Of a stretch of DNA of 64,000 nt, positions 58,240-64,000 are shown in pieces. The stretch is from Terriglobia bacterium. Lineage in GTDB: Bacteria; Acidobacteriota; Polarisedimenticolia; Polarisedimenticolales; JAIQFR01. The stretch spans positions 1,120,001 through 1,184,000 of the forward strand of contig CAVVHE010000004.1 of NCBI GenBank assembly GCA_963748015.1, written 5' to 3'. Every line of letters begins with the position of its first letter. Within the stretch, counting starts at the first letter, position 1. Position numbers and translations under genes: made by a program. Below the pieces are notes generated by a model. That model saw only the letters and a list, made by a program, of their open reading frames with translations. It was not told the DNA's origin and ran no database searches.

Positions 58240-59661
58240 ATGGCCCGACGTCCGCCGCTCCTCTTCCTGGCCGTACTTCTCCTGCTCGCCGCGCCGCGGG
58301 GCTCCGTCCGGGCCGAGGAGGCGCCGGGCGACCGCATCACGGCCGGCGGATCGCTGGCGTGGATGTTCTCCCCCGACATCGACCTTCTCGGCGTGCTCCG
58401 CGCCGACCTCCCCTTCGCCGTCTCCGGCGCGCGGAGCCTCTACCTGTCCGTCGACACCCTGACGGCGATCGAGAAGGCCTCGTCGGACTTCACCTTCGGC
58501 GTGCACGAGCTGGACTACGCGATCGAGGCGGGCGCGAGGTCGGAGCGCCCCTCGGGACGCGTCCTCTCGGCCTTCGCCGGCCGCCGCGGCAAGGAGCTCG
58601 TGGACGCGGCCGGCGAGCCCTTCGTCGCGTACGCGGGGGGCGGCATCGAGTCGCGCGGCTTCCGGCGCGCCTCCTGGTCGCGGCCGCTCGAATGGAAGGC
58701 GGACATCGGCGCGGTCGTCGCGCAGCGCGACGTGGAGGCGGCGATCCTCGCGCGCGGGGAGCTGCGCTGGCTCCACGGCGGCCCCGGCGTGGCATTCGGC
58801 GGGGATGCGCGTGTCGAAGCGCTAGCGGGAAGCGGGTCGGGCGTCGCGGCCGACCTCTCGATAGGCCCGCGGCTCGACGTGTACCTTTCCGGCGGGCGGC
58901 GTGTCGCCTTCTTCGTTCGCTACCTCCGCTCGCGGAATCCGCTGGGGATCGAGGTTTCGGGCGTCACGGCCGGCTTCGATTTCGCGGAAGGCCCCTACAC
59001 CGGCCCCGCTCCCCGCCCCGCGCCCCCCGACGTCTCCGGCAACGTCGCGGCGGGCTCGGGCGGCGGCCGGTCGACGGGACGACTCGAGATCCTCGTGGCC
59101 TCGCCGCCGTTCAAGCAGCGTTATCGCGCGGTGATGGACGTGGATTCGAACGTCCTCACGGGTAGCGACACCGACGAGCTGTACTACCTTTACCACGTCG
59201 GAATCGAGCGGGAAGGCGATCGCCACCTCGCCGGCGTCTACGCCTACCATCGCTCGAACCACCAGCTCGCTCATCCGAACGACACCGTCACGAGCCTCAA
59301 CGTCGTCGAGACGGGCGTCGAGAGCCCGGATTACGATCGAGCCGTCCGGCGGAGCGAGGCGCCGCGCTTCGGCTCCCTCGATTTCCGCGCCAGGGCCGGC
59401 CTCGTGATCCAGAGCACCGGGAGCACGGAGAGCCGGTGGAACGCCCGCGGCGGCCTGCGCTGGTCGTGGACGCGAACCGACGGCCCGGCGGTCCCCTTCG
59501 TTCGCGTCGACGGAGAGGAGGGCCAGGTGAGCCGCCTCGCGGTCGCGGCGGGGGCCGCCTTCCGCTCGGGGGATTCGGTGTGGGTCGAATGGCGGCGCGA
59601 CGACCAGTACTTCGGCGAGGAGCAGAGCGCGTGGCTCCTCTCGGCGGGCCGATCGTTCTGA
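58240..59661 (+). CDS. Hypothetical outer-membrane beta-barrel protein
   Basis: Signal peptide, amphipathic strands, C-terminal Phe (LSAGRSF). Confidence 0.6.
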   Translation: MARRPPLLFLAVLLLLAAPRGSVRAEEAPGDRITAGGSLAWMFSPDIDLLGVLRADLPFAVSGARSLYLSVDTLTAIEKASSDFTFGVHELDYAIEAGARSERPSGRVLSAFAGRRGKELVDAAGEPFVAYAGGGIESRGFRRASWSRPLEWKADIGAVVAQRDVEAAILARGELRWLHGGPGVAFGGDARVEALAGSGSGVAADLSIGPRLDVYLSGGRRVAFFVRYLRSRNPLGIEVSGVTAGFDFAEGPYTGPAPRPAPPDVSGNVAAGSGGGRSTGRLEILVASPPFKQRYRAVMDVDSNVLTGSDTDELYYLYHVGIEREGDRHLAGVYAYHRSNHQLAHPNDTVTSLNVVETGVESPDYDRAVRRSEAPRFGSLDFRARAGLVIQSTGSTESRWNARGGLRWSWTRTDGPAVPFVRVDGEEGQVSRLAVAAGAAFRSGDSVWVEWRRDDQYFGEEQSAWLLSAGRSF

Positions 59662-59669
59662 GCCGCGGA

Positions 59670-60212
59670 TCAGCCCCGGCCGCGCCGCTTCCGTTTCGAC
59701 GTCGCGAGATAGCGGTCGCGAAGATCCGCGAGGGCATCCGGGGTCAGCTCGCCCTGCTTCGCTCCGACTCCCCTACCGCCGGGGGCTCTCTTGCCGGGGA
59801 GCGCCACCGGGTCCTTCGGCGTCGCCGGCGCCTCGTCCAGCGGCGCGACCGGTATCGCCTCGCTCCCGTCGGGGAGATGGACTCGAAGCTTGCGAATGTG
59901 GAGCTCCGGGGCCAGCGCCGACGCGCGAGACGCGAGTTCCCGGAGCTGCTCCCGCAAAGCGTCCGCCCACCGGCGCTCCGGCACCTCGATCTCGAGAACG
60001 CCCCGCTCGACACGCCTGGCCCGCGCCCGCGCCGCGAGCGTCGTCCCCGCCACCCGCCGCCACGCATCGGCGAGCAGCAGCTCCCGCGCCCGGGGAGGCG
60101 GCAGCGGAAGCTCCCGCGTTCCCGACGCCCCGAGCGGCTCGAACCCGCGCCGACGCCGACGTATACTGGGGTCGAACGTTTTTGGCGTAACCTCTCCTCG
60201 GCCGGCTGACAT
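59670..60212 (-). CDS. DciA/DUF721-family protein (start uncertain)
   Basis: AWRRVAG..LA......RVERGVLEIEV....WA..L......L pattern. Confidence 0.7.
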   Translation of the reverse strand: MSAGRGEVTPKTFDPSIRRRRRGFEPLGASGTRELPLPPPRARELLLADAWRRVAGTTLAARARARRVERGVLEIEVPERRWADALREQLRELASRASALAPELHIRKLRVHLPDGSEAIPVAPLDEAPATPKDPVALPGKRAPGGRGVGAKQGELTPDALADLRDRYLATSKRKRRGRG

Positions 60213-60255
60213 ACCGGGATGGGTAGGAGATGTTACGCCAGGTTCTGGAGGCCGC

Positions 60256-60474
60256 GTGAGCCACTGCAATTTCCGGACGAGCTGGGGAGGCGCGCTGTTC
60301 TGTCAGGACCCGGTCTACCTCGAGGGGTTCTGCAAGTTCCACCACGCGGCGCTGCTCCGCGGCGAGATCAACGAGCGCGGGGTCATCAACGAGCTCCTCT
60401 CGGACCAGCACCGCCGCCGCGAGATCAACTTCCACGGGATCCAAGCCCCTGTCGGAATGTACGAAGAGGAGTAG
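60256..60474 (+). CDS. Small Cys/His protein (72 aa; C-x11-C-x9-C-x2-H)
   Basis: GGAGG RBS, GTG start, high-GC3 codon usage; MSHCNFRTSWGGALFCQDPVYLEGFCKFHH... Confidence 0.65.
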   Translation: MSHCNFRTSWGGALFCQDPVYLEGFCKFHHAALLRGEINERGVINELLSDQHRRREINFHGIQAPVGMYEEE

Positions 60475-60476
60475 CG

Positions 60477-60914
60477 TCACCTCGGGGCGGAGGCGTGCGC
60501 CTCCATCCAGCTCTGCAGGATCAGCACCGCCGCGAGGGAGTCGATCACCTTCCGGCGCCTGGAGCGGCGGACGCCGTCCCCGACGAGCTCGCGCTCGGCC
60601 TGCGCGGTGGTCAGCCTCTCGTCCCACAGCTCGACGGGGACCGCCACGGTCTTGCGGAGCCGCTCCGCGGTCTCGCGTGCCTCGCGCGCCCGCGTCCCTT
60701 CCTCGCCCGACAGCAACAACGGGTACCCGACGACGAGCCTCGTCGCCTCCCGCTCCTCCACCAGCTTCGCGATGGCGAGAAGGTCCGCTCGGCGGGAGGC
60801 GCTGGCCAGGAATCCCAGAGGCTGGGCGGTGATTCCCAGCTCGTCCGAGATCGCGAGCCCGATGCGGGCGTCCCCGAGGTCGAGCGCAAGCACCCGGCCG
60901 TGAGGCTCGGTCAA
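60477..60914 (-). CDS. ruvX: Pre-16S rRNA nuclease YqgF/RuvX
   Basis: VLALDLGDARIGLAISD, VVGYP, WDERLTT, IDSLAAVLILQ. Confidence 0.95.
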   Translation of the reverse strand: MTEPHGRVLALDLGDARIGLAISDELGITAQPLGFLASASRRADLLAIAKLVEEREATRLVVGYPLLLSGEEGTRAREARETAERLRKTVAVPVELWDERLTTAQAERELVGDGVRRSRRRKVIDSLAAVLILQSWMEAHASAPR

Positions 60915-61990
60915 TGGGCGGTCTCGCCGTGCACGGCCGGGGCGGGTGCCGGGGAACCGGGAGCGCCGCCCGCGGGCTGCGTTTTCGCGAGGGTCGCCTG
61001 CGTCCACTTGAGCGTGTCCGGATCGTCGGGGAAGCGGCCCGTGAGGAAGTACAGGTAGCTTTCCTGCGAGATGACCCGGCTCTTGTCGTCCAGGAAAGCC
61101 CGGGTCTCGCCCACGCGCTTTCCCTGGTTGCCGGTGAAGACGATGCGGGTGCTCCCCTCGACCTCCTCCTGGGAGCTGTACGTCCCGCCGTACGCCCCGA
61201 AGACGAAATCGATCCCGGGAATCTCCTTCGCGACCTGGCGGGCGTCGTAGACGCTCAGCTCGGCCAGCAGCACGACCAGGTCCGCCTTCTTGCGAACCTC
61301 GTCGAGGTACTTCCGCACCATCTCCGCGGGCTGGGCGATCGATACGTTGCTTCCCGCCGGGCCGGTCTTGAGGAACACCGGGTTGAAGCGCACGACGCTC
61401 ATCACGCCGACCTTGACGGGCGGCTTGCCGTCACCCCGCTTCGCCTCGACGATCACGTAGGGCTTGAACACCGGCTCGCTCGTTCCCCTGCGGACGAAGT
61501 TCGTCGAGACGAGCGGGAACGGGGCGCCGGACATCTTCTTCAAGAGGTCGTCGTAGCCGAGGACCAGGTCGCGCTCCGCGACGCCGACCGCCGCGTACCC
61601 GAGACGCCCCATCCCCTCGATCAGCGCCGTCGTCTTCTTGTCGCCTTCCGCGGAAGGGTTGTCGGAGTAATTGCCGGAGTCGAGGAGGACGATCGCGGCC
61701 CCGGGGAACTTCGACTGCAGCTGGTTCTTGAGCCAGGCCCTCCGGGCCAGGCCCCCCGCGGGGTTGACCTTTCACCCACAGGGTTCGATGTAGCCGATGA
61801 CGTCCCCGGTGTACAGGAAGATGACGTCCGGAGGGTTCCCCGACGCCACCAGCGCGCCGGCCGGAGGGTCGAGGCCGCGGGCCGGGAGCGGCGCCGCGGG
61901 CGGCTTGGGGGCTTCCTGCGCCCAGGCGACGGCGGCGCAGAGGGCCGCGGCCGCGACGAGTGCCGAAACGCTTGCTCTGACTCGACCCAT
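60911..61990 (-). CDS. Exported UshA-like (5'-nucleotidase-fold) selenoprotein; in-frame UGA at codon 73 (61772-61774) in a C-G-U motif
   Basis: IFLYTGDVIGYIEPCG-UGA-KVNPAGGLARRA...LLDSGN...MGRLGY..VGVAERDL...LVSTN is one continuous frame; a hairpin follows the UGA. Confidence 0.85.
61730..61754 (-). promoter_or_regulatory. Candidate bacterial SECIS hairpin
   Basis: GGGCC-U-GGCCC (GGA) GGGCC-U-GGCUC. The loop starts with G and lies 28 nt after the UGA. Confidence 0.55.
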
Positions 61991-62166
61991 CTCGGTACTC
62001 CTCGTCGCCGGAATTGCCCCCGACTCGCGATTATAGGGTCGCGTATCCGGACGCGCCAACGCCCCAGGCGTTGACACGGCGGGCTCGAGCCCGTGAAGAT
62101 GTGCGGCCGCGCGAGCGGCCGCGGCCCGCGGAGCCGGCCCGCCGCAGCCGCCGCCCTGGAGCGCCG

Positions 62167-62787
62167 ATGACGCCGCCCGTCCGCCTGTTCCTCGCCTCCG
62201 CCTCGCCGAGACGCCTAGCACTACTCCGCGAAGCCGGGCTCGATCCCGTGCCCTGTCCGACGGGAGTGCCCGAGGCGGCGCTTCCGGGCGAGAGCGCCGA
62301 CGGCCACGTCCTGCGCCTCGCGCGCGAGAAGGGGCGGCACGCCCTCGCCGGCCTCGCGGCGCAGGGAGCGGACGGCCTCGTGCTGTCGGCCGACACCGCG
62401 GTGGTGCTCGACGGGGCCATCCTCGGCAAGCCCGCGGACGACGAGGAGGCCGCCGGCATGCTCCGCAGGCTCTCGGGGCGCGCGCACGAGGTGCTGACGG
62501 GCGTCTTCCTCGCGAGGATCGGCACGCCCCTCTCCGCGGAGGACGTGGGCCGGACGCGGGTCACGTTCAAGCGCTACGGCGACCGAGAGCTCCTCCGGTA
62601 CGTCGCGACGGGCGAGCCCCGGGACAAGGCCGGCGCGTACGGCATCCAGGGCGAGGGCGGAGCGCTCGTCGAGGGGATCGAGGGCTCCTGGTCGAACGTC
62701 GTGGGCCTCCCGATGGAGCTCCTGCCGCGCCTCTACGCGAGCGTCGGGGAGACCTGGCCCGGAGCCGTCCGCCCGGACGGCCGGTGA
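62167..62787 (+). CDS. maf: Maf-family nucleoside triphosphate pyrophosphatase (YhdE-like)
   Basis: LASASPRR, SADTAV, GKP, LSGRAH, EPRDKAGAYGIQG, NVVGLP. Confidence 0.93.
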   Translation: MTPPVRLFLASASPRRLALLREAGLDPVPCPTGVPEAALPGESADGHVLRLAREKGRHALAGLAAQGADGLVLSADTAVVLDGAILGKPADDEEAAGMLRRLSGRAHEVLTGVFLARIGTPLSAEDVGRTRVTFKRYGDRELLRYVATGEPRDKAGAYGIQGEGGALVEGIEGSWSNVVGLPMELLPRLYASVGETWPGAVRPDGR

Positions 62788-62820
62788 AGCCGGCCCGCGC
62801 CCCCGCTCTCTCCCGAGGCG

Positions 62821-64000
62821 TCAGGGCTTGAAGCGCAGCTTCGGCTTCCGCGCCGCTCCGGTCTCGTCGAGGCGCCGGAGGGGCGTGGTGTGCGGAGCGG
62901 TCTTCACGAGCTCGGGGTCGGTCTTCGCCTCCTCCACGATCGCCTTGATCGCCGCGACGAACGCATCGAGCTCTTCCCGGCTCTCGGTCTCGGTCGGCTC
63001 GATCATCAGCGCGCCGTGGACGATCAGCGGGAAGTAGACCGTCGGCGGGTGGAAGCCGTAGTCCATCAGCCGCTTCGCGATGTCGAGCGTCTTGACCCCG
63101 GTCTCCCTCTCGAGGTCGTGGTCCGCGAACACCACCTCGTGGTACGACGGCGAGGCGTAGGGCAGCGTGAGCACCCCCTCGAGCCCGCGCCGAATGTAGT
63201 TCGCGTTCAGGATCGCCGTCAGTCCCGCCTCGCGGAGCCCCTCGGCACCGAGAGCCCGGATGTAGGCGTACGCCCGGACGAACATGCCGAAGTTGCCGTA
63301 GAACGACCGCACCTTGCCGATGCTCTGCGGGCGGTCGTAGTCGAAGCGGTAGGCGCCGTGCTTCCCGGCGACGCGCGGGACCGGCAGGAACGGCTCGAGG
63401 TGCTTCTTGACCGCGACCGCGCCGGCGCCCGGCCCACCGCCGCCGTGGGGCGTCGAGAAGGTCTTGTGCAGGTTGAGGTGCATGACGTCGACGCCCGCAT
63501 CCCCCGGACGGGTGATGCCGATCATCGCGTTCATGTTCGCGCCGTCCATGTAGAGCATCGCGCCGGCGTCGTGGAGGATCTTCGCGATCTCGGCCAGGTC
63601 CTCCTCGAACACCCCGAGCGTGTTCGGGTTGGTCACCATCAGCGCCGCGACGGTCCCGTCCACGCGCCTCCTGAGCGCGTCGAGGTCGACGCACCCCTTG
63701 GCGTTCGAGGGGACCTCCTCCACCTCGTACCCCGAGAACGAAGCCGTCGCGGGGTTCGTGCCGTGCGCCGAATCCGTGACGAGGATGACCTTGCGCGCGT
63801 CGCCGCGGGACTCGAGGCAGGCGCGGATCAGCATGACGCCGGCGAGCTCGCCGTGCGCTCCCGCCGCGGGCTGCAGCGTGACCGCGTCCATTCCGGTGAT
63901 CGTCGCGAGCAGCTCCTCGAGATCGTGGATCAGCTCGAGGCTCCCCTGCGACAGCGCGTCGGGGGCGTACGGGTGGGCCCGGGCGAATCCGGGCAGACGG
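62821..64000 (-). CDS. gcvPB: Glycine dehydrogenase (decarboxylating) subunit 2, C-terminal part (start lies beyond the window)
   Basis: QPAAGAHGE, SAHGTNPA, TNPNTLG, HLNLHKTFSTPHGGGGPG, GFHPPTVYFP, MIEPTETE. Confidence 0.96.
   Translation of the reverse strand, partial: RLPGFARAHPYAPDALSQGSLELIHDLEELLATITGMDAVTLQPAAGAHGELAGVMLIRACLESRGDARKVILVTDSAHGTNPATASFSGYEVEEVPSNAKGCVDLDALRRRVDGTVAALMVTNPNTLGVFEEDLAEIAKILHDAGAMLYMDGANMNAMIGITRPGDAGVDVMHLNLHKTFSTPHGGGGPGAGAVAVKKHLEPFLPVPRVAGKHGAYRFDYDRPQSIGKVRSFYGNFGMFVRAYAYIRALGAEGLREAGLTAILNANYIRRGLEGVLTLPYASPSYHEVVFADHDLERETGVKTLDIAKRLMDYGFHPPTVYFPLIVHGALMIEPTETESREELDAFVAAIKAIVEEAKTDPELVKTAPHTTPLRRLDETGAARKPKLRFKP

Noticed and set aside
1..64000. 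CRISPR array, rRNA, prophage, transposase or defence system
   Set aside because: No regularly spaced repeats or corresponding genes seen; repetitive DNA in the cytochrome genes reflects protein motif repeats.

Overview
High-GC (~70%) bacterial chromosomal window. An Acidobacteriota origin is likely but inferred, from the GWxTD-domain gene, the bactofilin/methyltransferase-like pair and the overall gene context. Housekeeping blocks are rsmE-prmA-dnaJ-dnaK-grpE-hrcA-prfB (programmed +1 frameshift), recN-coaD-larA-like, nfeD-slipin, tol-pal-cpoB, rpsT, rnr-archease, tRNA-Leu(CAG), PEPCK, ruvX, maf and partial gcvPB. The main result is a ~25 kb accessory region (20.0-45.3 kb) with eight multiheme c-type cytochromes. 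They carry 74 CxxCH motifs plus 4 CX3/4CH motifs by my count and could form a complete extracellular electron-transfer chain. That chain comprises two CbcL-like inner-membrane quinol modules (a 19-heme/cytochrome b fusion and a split 11-heme + cytochrome b), a tetraheme c3 and a 15-heme periplasmic wire. It also includes an operon-like block: a giant Cys-repeat/PKD octaheme, an OmcE-like tetraheme (nanowire-type), an NHL lipoprotein, a pentaheme lipoprotein, a beta-barrel porin, a second NHL lipoprotein and an OmcE-domain 12-heme protein. This block lies between archease and rtcB, which are commonly neighbours. Four genes in the region have sigma54 -24/-12 motifs. Other notable items are an exported UshA-like selenoprotein (CGU motif with a candidate SECIS) that the ORF track splits, an aspartate aminotransferase fused to a degenerate PEPCK-like domain near a true PEPCK, two MITE-like elements, and two homopolymer frameshifts that are probably sequencing errors. 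All calls come from reading motifs by eye; no database searches were run.
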